Assembly (NCBI GenBank): GCA_903831305.1 | Contig: CAIKXE010000011.1 | Location: 12,002 to 76,001 of the forward strand | Source of the DNA: an uncultured bacterium | GTDB lineage: Bacteria; Patescibacteriota; Minisyncoccia; Phycocordibacterales; GWA1-40-21 | Direction: 5' to 3' | Length of the DNA: 64,000 nt | Shown here: positions 55,943 to 64,000 of the stretch, piece by piece | Position numbering within the stretch: the first letter of the stretch is position 1 | Layout of the letters: each line of letters opens with the position of its first letter | Translations under genes and position numbers: made by a program | Notes under the pieces: generated by a model | The model's database searches: none | Told to the model about the DNA's origin: nothing | What the model saw: the letters and a program-made list of their open reading frames with translations, nothing else

Positions 55943-58225
55943 ATGGTAAAGAACACTGTCGGCGGTAAAAAAGAAGTGATGTTGGTCAAGAGCATTCAGA
56001 AAAGAGACGGCACTATCGTTCCTTTTGATTTAGCCAAGATTGTTTCCGCTATTCATAAAGGGATGCTCGTGGTCAATGAGGGTTCTTTAGAGGAGGCGGA
56101 GCTTGTAGCTACTAAAGTTTTTGCTGATTTGGTCCGAATTACCAAAAAATATCCGAATTTTGTGCCGACGGTGGAGGGGATACAGGACTCCGTGGAAAAG
56201 GAACTGATCCTAAGTGAATATGTGAAGACCGCCAAGGAATATATTCTCTATCGTCAGGAGCGGGCCAGATTGCGCGAGCAAGGGGTGAGTGTTCCACCTA
56301 AAGTGCGTAAACTAACCGCTGAAAGTAAAAAATATTTTCGTAACTCTTTGGGTGAGTTGGTTTATTACCGTTCTTATTCCAAATGGATTGAGGAGGAGTC
56401 TAGACGTGAGACCTGGATTGAGACAGTGGATAGGTATATGGATTATATGAAAAGCAAAATGGGTGCCAAATTAAAAACGGCTGAGTATGCGGAGCTCCGG
56501 GAGTCTATCCTCAAACAAGAAGTGATGCCGTCTATGCGTATGTTTCAGTTTGCGGGTCGGGCAGTGGAGAAGACAAACGTCTGTGCTTATAACTGTTCCT
56601 TTATTGCCCCATCTTGTTTACAAGACTTTGGGGAGATCATGTATCTATCCATGTGTGGAACCGGGGTGGGCTTCTCGGTGGAGAGTAAAAATATTCAGTC
56701 CTTACCACAGATAAAAATACAGACCAAGAAAAAGCTACCCACTTTTGTGATACCTGATACTAAGGAAGGTTGGGCTGATGCTCTGGTCTTTGGGATGAAG
56801 ACCTGGTATGACGGTCATGATGTGGATTTTGATTTTTCTAAGATCCGTCCCTCAGGTGCTAGACTAAAAATTATGGGTGGTCGTGCTTCTGGTCCGGATC
56901 CATTGATTCGCCTCTTGAAATTAGTGGGGGAGAAAGTCATGAAGAAGCAGGGTCGCCGTCTGTCAAACTTGGATGCTCATGACATTATCTGCTCTATCGG
57001 TGACTGTGTAGTGTCCGGTGGGGTGCGCCGTAGTGCTCTGATTTCACTTTCTGATTTAGATGATGAAACTATGCGTGATGCCAAGAAAGGTCAGTTTTAT
57101 CTCACTGATCCACAAAGAAGTATTGCTAATAACTCTGCCGTCTATATGCAGAAGCCTAGCAGTGTAGAGTTTATGGATGAGTGGGTGGCCTTGATGAAAA
57201 GTGGTTCCGGTGAGCGAGGAATATTTAACCGTGGGTCTTTAGCTAAGATGCTTCCCGAGAGAAGGATCAAAGCCCTTAAGGGTCATATTGAAGACTTAGG
57301 AACTAATCCTTGTGGTGAAATAATTTTACCTTCTAAGAGTTTTTGTAACTTGTCTGAAGTGGTGGCTCGTTTTGAAGATGATGAAAAGACCCTTTTAAAG
57401 AAAGCCAGACTCGCCACCATCCTCGGCACCTATCAGAGCACTTTGACAAACTTTGGTTATTTATCTAAAGAGTGGAAGGAAAATTGTGAGCGGGAGAGAC
57501 TCATCGGCGTGTCTATCACTGGTCAGTGGGATTGTCCGGCTATTAGGAATGAAGAGATGCTCCGCAAGATGAGGAAGGAAGTGTTAAAAGTAAATGAGAT
57601 CTATGCCAAACGTTTTGGTATTAATGCCTCTACTTGTACCACTTGTGTGAAGCCATCTGGTACTGTATCCCAGACGGTGGACTGCTCTTCCGGTATGCAC
57701 ACCAGACACGCACCGTATTATATCCGCCGCGTGCGCATTTCCGCTACGGATTCTTTATTTAAAATGCTCAAGGATCAAGGCGTACCATATTTTCCAGAAG
57801 TCGGTCAGTCCAAAGAAAGTGCCACCACCTTTGTTTTGGAGTTTCCTATCAAGGCTCCCAAGGCCGCAGTGTATAAGGACAGCTTGACCGCTATTGAACA
57901 GCTAGAATTTTGGAAGATGGTTAAAATAAATTATACCGAGCATAATCCTTCTATCACTATCTCAGTGGGGGAGAATGAGTGGATTTTGGTGGCTAACTGG
58001 GTGTATGAAAATTGGGATATTGTGGGTGGACTTTCTTTCTTGCCTCGTAGTGAGCATGTCTATCAGCTGGCCCCTTATGAGGAGATAGATGAGAAGAGAT
58101 ATAACGAGCTGTCTGAGAAAATGCGCAATATTGATTTCTCCAAGATCATTACTTATGAAAAGCATGATGAGACCGAGGCTAAAAAGGAGTTAGCTTGCAG
58201 CGGTGGAACTTGTGAAGTAGTGTAA
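55943..58225 (+). CDS. nrdJ: class II (adenosylcobalamin-dependent) ribonucleotide reductase with N-terminal ATP-cone
   Basis: ATP-cone VKSIQKRDGTIVPFDLAKIVSAI. Large RNR catalytic barrel. C-terminal redox Cys pair CSGGTCEVV. Confidence 0.8.
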   Translation: MVKNTVGGKKEVMLVKSIQKRDGTIVPFDLAKIVSAIHKGMLVVNEGSLEEAELVATKVFADLVRITKKYPNFVPTVEGIQDSVEKELILSEYVKTAKEYILYRQERARLREQGVSVPPKVRKLTAESKKYFRNSLGELVYYRSYSKWIEEESRRETWIETVDRYMDYMKSKMGAKLKTAEYAELRESILKQEVMPSMRMFQFAGRAVEKTNVCAYNCSFIAPSCLQDFGEIMYLSMCGTGVGFSVESKNIQSLPQIKIQTKKKLPTFVIPDTKEGWADALVFGMKTWYDGHDVDFDFSKIRPSGARLKIMGGRASGPDPLIRLLKLVGEKVMKKQGRRLSNLDAHDIICSIGDCVVSGGVRRSALISLSDLDDETMRDAKKGQFYLTDPQRSIANNSAVYMQKPSSVEFMDEWVALMKSGSGERGIFNRGSLAKMLPERRIKALKGHIEDLGTNPCGEIILPSKSFCNLSEVVARFEDDEKTLLKKARLATILGTYQSTLTNFGYLSKEWKENCERERLIGVSITGQWDCPAIRNEEMLRKMRKEVLKVNEIYAKRFGINASTCTTCVKPSGTVSQTVDCSSGMHTRHAPYYIRRVRISATDSLFKMLKDQGVPYFPEVGQSKESATTFVLEFPIKAPKAAVYKDSLTAIEQLEFWKMVKINYTEHNPSITISVGENEWILVANWVYENWDIVGGLSFLPRSEHVYQLAPYEEIDEKRYNELSEKMRNIDFSKIITYEKHDETEAKKELACSGGTCEVV

Positions 58226-58341
58226 ATTAAAAAGATTAGGAAATTTTCTCGTAGCGATTAGTCCTGACGTTAAGCGAAGAGAATTTTTCCTAATCTTTTT
58301 ATGTTGTTGCATTTATAATAAATATGTGTTATTATTATAAA

Positions 58342-58704
58342 GCTTCCGTATTGGACGATTGCTGGATATTAGCAATAGTATCTGGAGGAAAGTCCGAACA
58401 CAGCCAGGTGTTAGCAATAATATTTGGAGACAGGTAGTGGGTAACGCCCACCGTCCGCAAGGATAGAGGTGACCACAGTGACGTCAAAGGCGAAAGCCAG
58501 CGACTCCCTTCGGGGAGAATCCTACCGGAAGGTAGGAGTGCAACGAGCAAATCCTTACCCCTGTGCAAGGTCGTGTCCCGCAAAGCATTATGCGAAGTGG
58601 GAAGTGCCGCTTGATCCGCCGAGTAATCGGCGAGACAGATAAATGATCGTCCATCCTGCGATTTTTTCAAGGGAGGACAGAATTCGGCTTATAGGTACGA
58701 AAGC
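58342..58704 (+). ncRNA. rnpB: RNase P RNA (bacterial type A)
   Basis: Universally conserved GGAGGAAAGTCCG, P11/12 aggtagtgggtaacgcccacc and the P4 3' strand ACAGAAttCGGCTTA. Ends are approximate. Confidence 0.85.
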
Positions 58705-58713
58705 ATTATGCAA

Positions 58714-58740
58714 GATCGCTCCCCGAAGGGGCGATTTTGC
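58714..58740 (+). terminator. hairpin + short T-run downstream of rnpB
   Basis: atcgctcccc-gaag-gggcgat followed by tttt. Confidence 0.4.
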
Positions 58741-58820
58741 ATTTACAGTGGTACGGTAATACGAGGTTGTTTTTGGTTTCCAAAAATATAAAAATTCCTG
58801 TATAATGACAAGTATTAGCA

Positions 58821-60497
58821 ATGGTTAAAAAGTTTTTCAATTTTTTTAATAAAGAAATTAGTGGCCTGCATGAGGCCGCATATTTACTTGGGTTTTTTGC
58901 TTTTATGTCACAGCTTTTGGCCTTGTTTCGGGATCGAATATTGGCAGCCACCTTTGGCGCTGGGCATGAGCTGGATTTATATTATTCGGCTTTTCGAATT
59001 CCCGATTTTATTTTTGTGACGGTGGCTTCACTCGTGGCTATATCTGTGCTTGTACCGTTTATTATTGAAAAAGTAAGCGTTAGTCCAGAAGAAAGTAAAA
59101 AATTTATTAATAATATCTTTTCTTTTTTCTTTCTACTGATCATCGCTGTCTGCCTGGTCACTTTTTTCTTGATACCGTATTTGGTACCAATTATTTTTAA
59201 AGGCTTTTCTACCGCGGATTTTTCTGAGCTGATAATCCTCACTCGGATTCTTCTCTTGTCACCGATCCTGCTTGGCCTTTCTAACTTTTTTGGTAGTATT
59301 ACTCAAGTCTATAAACGCTTCCTTATCTATTCTATTAGCCCGTTATTTTATAATCTTGGTATCATCTTGGGTATTTTGGTTCTATATCCGATATTAGGAA
59401 TTAAAGGCTTGGTCTACGGGGTAGTTTTGGGAGCAATTTTACATTTGGCAATCCAAGTTCCGTTTGTTATCAAACAGGGGATGTTTCCTAAATTCAGTTT
59501 CCGTTTTGATTTTAAAGAGATAAAAAAAGTCATGGTTTTGTCTGTCCCTAGAACCTTTACCTTAGGTCTCACCCAGATCACCACTATTTTCTTGATTGCT
59601 ATGGCTACTTATATGCAAGAGGGCTCAGTGGCGATTTTTAACTTTTCTTTGAATCTGCAGTCTGTCCCACTATCAATCATCGGTGTCAGTTATTCTATTG
59701 CGGCTTTCCCTGCGCTGGCTAGCTATTTTGCTAATAAGCAGAAGGAAAAGTTTTTGGCTGAAATAGTCACTTCCGCTCGACATATTATATTTTGGTCAAT
59801 ACCCATTTCCATTTTGTTTATTGTTTTACGGGCACAAGTGGTTCGAACCATTTTAGGAGCAGGGGAATTTAGCTGGTCAAACACCAGGCTCACGGCGGCA
59901 GCTCTCGCTCTCTTTTCGCTTTCGGCCATGGCTCAGGGTCTGATTTTGCTTTTTGTGCGCGGTTATTATGCTATGAATAATACTAAAAAGCCCCTCCTGA
60001 TCGGTACTATTTCTGGTATTCTGATTATTGTTTTGTCATATTCTTTTACCAAGCTTTTTGCTGGTAGCCTCCTCTTCCAATATTTTATTGAAGCACTCTT
60101 CCGGGTGAGTGATATTCCTGGTACTACGGTCTTAATGCTACCGCTTGGTTATACCCTGGCCGTCTTTATGAACTGTTTGCTCTTGTGGGTTTATTTTGAT
60201 CGGGAGTTTAAGGGTTTTACTAAGTCACTACTAGGCACACTCTTTCATAGTTTTTCCGCTTCAGTGATTATGGGGGCGGTTTCTTATCTCTGTCTAAATA
60301 TCTTTGACAATATCTTTAATATTAATAAGGTGTTTGGCATCTTTATGCAGGGTTTCCTGTCTGGTATTATTGGGATTCTGGCGGGGATCATAATTCTTAA
60401 AATATTAAAAAATAAGGAGCTAGAGGAAATCTGGCGTACGCTACACCACAAGATTTGGAAGGCTAAACCATTACCGGTGGATATTGTGGAGATTTAA
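58821..60497 (+). CDS. murJ: lipid II flippase MurJ (MviN)
   Basis: About 14 TM helices. N-terminal ...AAYLLGFFAFMSQLLALFRDRILAATFGAGHELDLYYSAFRIPDF is typical of MurJ. Confidence 0.8.
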   Translation: MVKKFFNFFNKEISGLHEAAYLLGFFAFMSQLLALFRDRILAATFGAGHELDLYYSAFRIPDFIFVTVASLVAISVLVPFIIEKVSVSPEESKKFINNIFSFFFLLIIAVCLVTFFLIPYLVPIIFKGFSTADFSELIILTRILLLSPILLGLSNFFGSITQVYKRFLIYSISPLFYNLGIILGILVLYPILGIKGLVYGVVLGAILHLAIQVPFVIKQGMFPKFSFRFDFKEIKKVMVLSVPRTFTLGLTQITTIFLIAMATYMQEGSVAIFNFSLNLQSVPLSIIGVSYSIAAFPALASYFANKQKEKFLAEIVTSARHIIFWSIPISILFIVLRAQVVRTILGAGEFSWSNTRLTAAALALFSLSAMAQGLILLFVRGYYAMNNTKKPLLIGTISGILIIVLSYSFTKLFAGSLLFQYFIEALFRVSDIPGTTVLMLPLGYTLAVFMNCLLLWVYFDREFKGFTKSLLGTLFHSFSASVIMGAVSYLCLNIFDNIFNINKVFGIFMQGFLSGIIGILAGIIILKILKNKELEEIWRTLHHKIWKAKPLPVDIVEI

Positions 60498-60649
60498 AAA
60501 GACACACCGCCCCGTCATCAGAATGCCACCCCGCCTTGACTAAGGCGGGGAAAGGGAACACTAGAAAAGTTAGGGTCTGCTTTCTCCTCCTTAGTCAAGG
60601 AGGAGTGGCGAGGCTTGGCGAGCCGAGGTGGTTGTGTTAATATCTCATA

Positions 60650-62446
60650 ATGGATTTAAAGCATATCAGGAATTTCAGCATTATTGCCCATATTGATCAC
60701 GGTAAGTCCACCTTGGCTGACCGTATGCTTGAGATGACCCATACCATAGAAAAGCGTAAAATGATGGAGCAGGTGCTGGATAGTATGGAGCTCGAGCGTG
60801 AGCGGGGTATCACTATTAAAATGACCCCGGTTTGCATGAATTACAAATTAGATGGGGTGGATTATAAACTAAACTTGATTGATACGCCTGGGCATATAGA
60901 CTTCTCTTATGAGGTCTCTCGGGCTCTAAAGGCCGTGGAAGGCTCAATTCTGCTTGTAGACGCTACCCAAGGCGTTCAAGCTCAGACTCTCACTACCTTA
61001 AATATGGCTAGGGAATCAGGCCTTAAAATCATCCCAGTTGTCAGCAAGATAGACTCACCTTTGGCCCGGGTAGATGATGTCAAAATGGAAATTATCTCTC
61101 TTTTAGGGGTGGAGCCGGATGAGATTTTAGAAGTATCTGGTCGGACGGGTGAGGGAGTGGCAAATTTGTTAGCTGAAGTTATAAAGAGGGTGCCACCACC
61201 ACATGATGAATATCCCGGGGACAATACTTTCCGCTCTTTAGTTTTTGATTTTCAATATTCTAATCATCGTGGAGTGATTGTCTATATTCGGGTGCTTAAC
61301 GGCGAGGTGACAAAAAATACCCCACTTTTATTTAAAGTGGCCGATGAAAAGTTTTCTGCTCTTGAGGTCGGTATCTTTTCTCCTGGTGAAGTGCCAGTGG
61401 AGAAATTAACTTCCGGGGACATTGGTTATATTGTGACCGGAATCAAACAACCGGGCATTGCCTCAGTGGGAGACACTGTTTCTTCATTGAAGGACGCTAA
61501 TCCACCCTTGCATGGTTATATGACGCCAAATCCAGTGGTGTGGGCCTCAGTCTATCCAGAAAGTGCGGATGATTTTGATTTTTTGAAGCAAGCGCTCGGT
61601 CGGCTTCGATTATCTGACTCATCGTTTGTCCATGAGGAGGAATCCTCAGGAACTTTGGGGCGGGGCTTCCGTTGTGGTTTCTTGGGGATGCTTCATTTGG
61701 AAATAATCATGGAGAGGCTCAAGCGGGAGTTTAATTTAAATTTAGTGGTGACTAATCCGAGCATCACTTATAAAATTATTTATAAAAATGGCAAGGAAGA
61801 GATGATCTATTCACCGTCACTTTTCCCTGAGGATCATACCGTGGAGCAAGTGCTCGAACCTTGGGTCAATGTAAAAATTATTACACCAGCTAAATATTTG
61901 GGTGAAATAATGCAGAGTCTTTATGATCATGAAGCGGTGGTGGGGGACTCAGAAGTGTTTGGTGATACTAGGACTTCAGTCAGTTTGTCTATGCCACTGC
62001 GCGAGCTTATGCGTAATTATTTTAACGAGCTCAAAAGTCTGACTTCTGGTTATGCTTCTATTTCTTATGAGATTGGAGAGATGAAACTAGCTGATGTGGT
62101 CCGGTTAGATGTTTTAGTAGCGGATGAAATAGTCCCGGCTTTTTCTCGGGTAGTGTCTAGACGCCGAGCGGACATTGAGGCTGAGGATGCGGTGGAAAAA
62201 CTGCACAAGATATTACCTCGTCAGCTTTTTAATTTTAAAATTCAAGGTAAGGCTATGGGGCGGATTATTTCTTCCCGGAGTCTGTCTGGTATGAAGAAAA
62301 ATGTGACCGCCCATATGTACGGTGGTGATATTACTCGTAAAATGAAATTACGGGAAAGGCAAAAAGAGGGTAAGAAAAGAATGCAAGACCGGGGAGTGGT
62401 AAATATTCCCCAGGATGTGTTTCTCAAGATGATTCAGAATGATTAA
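60650..62446 (+). CDS. lepA: translation elongation factor 4 (LepA)
   Basis: G domain IAHIDHGKSTLADR, DTPGHIDF, and the LepA-specific C-terminal domain. Confidence 0.9.
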   Translation: MDLKHIRNFSIIAHIDHGKSTLADRMLEMTHTIEKRKMMEQVLDSMELERERGITIKMTPVCMNYKLDGVDYKLNLIDTPGHIDFSYEVSRALKAVEGSILLVDATQGVQAQTLTTLNMARESGLKIIPVVSKIDSPLARVDDVKMEIISLLGVEPDEILEVSGRTGEGVANLLAEVIKRVPPPHDEYPGDNTFRSLVFDFQYSNHRGVIVYIRVLNGEVTKNTPLLFKVADEKFSALEVGIFSPGEVPVEKLTSGDIGYIVTGIKQPGIASVGDTVSSLKDANPPLHGYMTPNPVVWASVYPESADDFDFLKQALGRLRLSDSSFVHEEESSGTLGRGFRCGFLGMLHLEIIMERLKREFNLNLVVTNPSITYKIIYKNGKEEMIYSPSLFPEDHTVEQVLEPWVNVKIITPAKYLGEIMQSLYDHEAVVGDSEVFGDTRTSVSLSMPLRELMRNYFNELKSLTSGYASISYEIGEMKLADVVRLDVLVADEIVPAFSRVVSRRRADIEAEDAVEKLHKILPRQLFNFKIQGKAMGRIISSRSLSGMKKNVTAHMYGGDITRKMKLRERQKEGKKRMQDRGVVNIPQDVFLKMIQND

Positions 62447-62665
62447 AGACACACCACCTCGTCATCAGAATGCCACTCCTCCTTAGAAAAGGAGGAGATG
62501 CCGCCCGGGGACTAGGACCAGAGAATAGGGATATACAAGGCAATCATACTAACAGCTACTAAAATACAAACAATCGCCCAAACTACACTGACCTTCTTTT
62601 TGTGTTTTTGATCAAATAACATACGTTTGTTTTTAAATTATTAAGAGTTATACTATACTCTATAA

Positions 62666-63043
62666 ATGCTCGAATTTCAAGAAAAAAGAAGGTTAAAGCG
62701 GTTTATGTATTCAAGGGTCACTCTGGCTATTTTACTTATCATTGTTCTTTTTCTTTTTAATTCTGTTTGGAAAGTTTATCAAAAGCAGGATATGGCCAGG
62801 GATAATTTGACCAAGACCGCCGTCAGTTTGGCTAGTTTGCAGGCCCGAGAGAAAATGCTATCATCAGAAGTTGAGAGGTTAAAAACTGAGGCTGGCAAGG
62901 AAGAGGAGATCAGAGAAAAGTTTGGTCTGGTCAAGCCCGGAGAAGAAGTGATAGTGGTAGTGGATAAGGCTGACGGCCGGGGTCAAATTACCGCTACCTC
63001 ATCCCCGAGCTTCTGGGGAAAAATAGTAAATTGGTTTAGGTAA
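62666..63043 (+). CDS. septum formation initiator (FtsB/DivIC-like) family protein
   Basis: TM anchor, coiled coil and conserved GLVKPGEEVIVV. Confidence 0.6.
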   Translation: MLEFQEKRRLKRFMYSRVTLAILLIIVLFLFNSVWKVYQKQDMARDNLTKTAVSLASLQAREKMLSSEVERLKTEAGKEEEIREKFGLVKPGEEVIVVVDKADGRGQITATSSPSFWGKIVNWFR

Positions 63044-63047
63044 AACT

Positions 63048-63121
63048 TGGTGCGGGTAGCGAGAATCGAACTCGCGTCTCAACCTTGGGAAGGTCGCATT
63101 CTGCCACTGTACCATACCCGC
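63048..63121 (-). tRNA. tRNA-Gly (anticodon CCC)
   Basis: The reverse complement gives GCGGGTA...cgacc-uuCCCaa-gguug...T-loop TTCGATT...TACCCGC-A-CCA, with CCA encoded. Confidence 0.8.
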
Positions 63122-63188
63122 GCTGGTACTTATCTTAGCAGATATGGTAGAATATTCCAGTGTTTATTAACAGTTAATAAAAAAAGAT

Positions 63189-63422
63189 ATGAAAAAAGTA
63201 GTTATATATTCCACCCCCACTTGTCATTATTGTCATTTAGCTAAGGGTTTCTTTGACGCTAAAGGTGTTAAGTATGAAGATTTTAACGTGGGTACTGACT
63301 TGGCTAAGAGGAAGGAGATGGTGGACAAGAGCGGTCAGATGGGGGTTCCGGTGATAGATATTGGCGGAGAAATCGTCGTTGGTTTTGACGAGGCTACCGT
63401 GTCACACCTGCTCGGTCTGTAG
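63189..63422 (+). CDS. glutaredoxin/NrdH-like thioredoxin-fold protein
   Basis: VVIYSTPTCHYCHLAKGFF (CxxC) and GVPVIDIGGEIV. Confidence 0.75.
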   Translation: MKKVVIYSTPTCHYCHLAKGFFDAKGVKYEDFNVGTDLAKRKEMVDKSGQMGVPVIDIGGEIVVGFDEATVSHLLGL

Positions 63423-63461
63423 TTTTAAATTTTTGGTTATTTGTGCTATATTGGGCACCAG

Positions 63462-63536
63462 GCCCTCATAGCTCAACGGATAGAGCAATCCCGTCCTAAG
63501 GGAGAGATGTAAGTTCAATTCCTACTGGGGGCACCA
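63462..63536 (+). tRNA. tRNA-Arg (anticodon CCU), tentative
   Basis: Acceptor GCCCUCA/UGGGGGC (one G-U). D arm GCUC-AACGGAUA-GAGC. Anticodon loop gUCCUaa. T loop TTCAATT. CCA encoded. Single mismatches in the anticodon and T stems. Confidence 0.6.
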
Positions 63537-63638
63537 AAAGACTGGAAATTAATTATAAAATAGTGTAATATCTTTTGTATACCAAACGCTGAGATATGCT
63601 GTTTTGGTAGATAACATCCTTTAGAAGAAAATACCAAT

Positions 63639-63711
63639 GCCGAGATAGCTCAGTTGGTAGAGCATTCCCCTGAAGAGGGAAGGGTCCCCAGTTCGAGCCT
63701 GGGTCTCGGCA
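63639..63711 (+). tRNA. tRNA-Phe (anticodon GAA)
   Basis: GCCGAGA-TA-GCTCAGTTGGTAGAGC-a-TTCCC-cuGAAga-GGGAA-ggtcc-CCAGG-TTCGAGC-CCTGG-TCTCGGC-A. Confidence 0.85.
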
Positions 63712-63720
63712 CACAAAAAT

Positions 63721-63981
63721 CTACTGTTTTCCACCCATCCAAGTAGGGAGAGCGGGGAGCTTGTCTGTGATGGTTTTTATACTGTTTACACTATCACGCA
63801 TGCCGTTGTAGCTTTTTATCAAGGGGTCAATAAACGGTTGTATGGCGTAGTAAGCACCAAAAGTAGCTCCAATAATGATGACCCAATACAAGATCCGGAG
63901 GATAGTAGAGATCCGGGCACTACGGCGCATACCGCGTAACATTTTATTGTTTTCTTCAGCCAGCTCTATGGATTTGGTCAA
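63721..63981 (-). CDS. hypothetical small membrane protein
   Basis: 86-aa ORF with one TM segment (ILYWVIIIGATFGAYYAI). Confidence 0.35.
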   Translation of the reverse strand: MTKSIELAEENNKMLRGMRRSARISTILRILYWVIIIGATFGAYYAIQPFIDPLIKSYNGMRDSVNSIKTITDKLPALPTWMGGKQ

Positions 63982-64000
63982 TAACTCTCTTTCTTCTGGT

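Noticed and set aside
63047-63244. 65-aa + strand ORF
   Set aside because: It overlaps tRNA-Gly(CCC), encoded on the opposite strand at 63048-63121. There is no coding signal.
63451-63461. tgggcacca immediately upstream of tRNA-Arg resembling the tRNA's own 3' end (tgggggcacca), as a possible att-site duplication
   Set aside because: Only ~9 nt are shared. No integrase or longer repeat is nearby. It is most likely coincidence.
1-64000. CRISPR arrays, IS elements/transposases, integrases
   Set aside because: No regularly spaced direct repeats, terminal inverted repeats with transposase ORFs, or tyrosine/serine recombinase motifs were found on manual reading.

Overview
This is an AT-rich, gene-dense bacterial window (roughly one third GC by eye). 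Most genes are on the + strand with tiny intergenic gaps, and many proteins are small hypotheticals. The housekeeping complement is archaeal/eukaryote-type ProRS, GatB, class II B12-type RNR, RNase J, MurJ, Ddl, LepA, SecG, a LemA+HtpX pair, a CDP-alcohol phosphatidyltransferase and pentose-phosphate/glycolysis enzymes. That complement, together with the many small hypotheticals, fits a reduced-genome lineage such as Patescibacteria/CPR, but that is inference from composition and gene content only. I can support four tRNAs and an RNase P RNA (rnpB) with its terminator. These were missed or overlapped by spurious ORF calls in the supplied track.

Non-housekeeping content worth attention:
1. A nuclease/restriction-rich defense island at 292-13696. 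A divergent NERD + SNase pair faces a tight five-gene + strand operon. That operon encodes a GmrSD-like DUF262/DUF1524 protein, a 1338-aa T5orf172-SF2 helicase-N6A-MTase fusion, a 310-aa MTase-like protein lacking NPPY, a 1065-aa membrane-anchored unknown and a Cas4-like + DEDD exonuclease protein. The last three genes look like an undescribed add-on module. A tiny acidic ORF and an excisionase-like HTH protein follow.
2. A 13-kb accessory cluster (20405-33507) with two adenylating enzymes, an aminotransferase, a thioesterase, an S66 peptidase, asparaginase, PepE, NUDIX/HD/GrpB proteins and a SAM-MTase. It also holds a compositionally foreign GC-rich class IIb aaRS paralog with a shortened motif-2 loop.
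3. A second GC-rich single-gene island abutting tRNA-Ser.
4. An intergenic region (39291-39790) with G-homopolymer tracts and a structured RNA candidate ending in an intrinsic terminator, upstream of a TPR-PIF1 helicase.
5. A repeated terminator-like RNA element with compensatory stem changes flanking lepA.

No CRISPR array, integrase or transposase was recognised.
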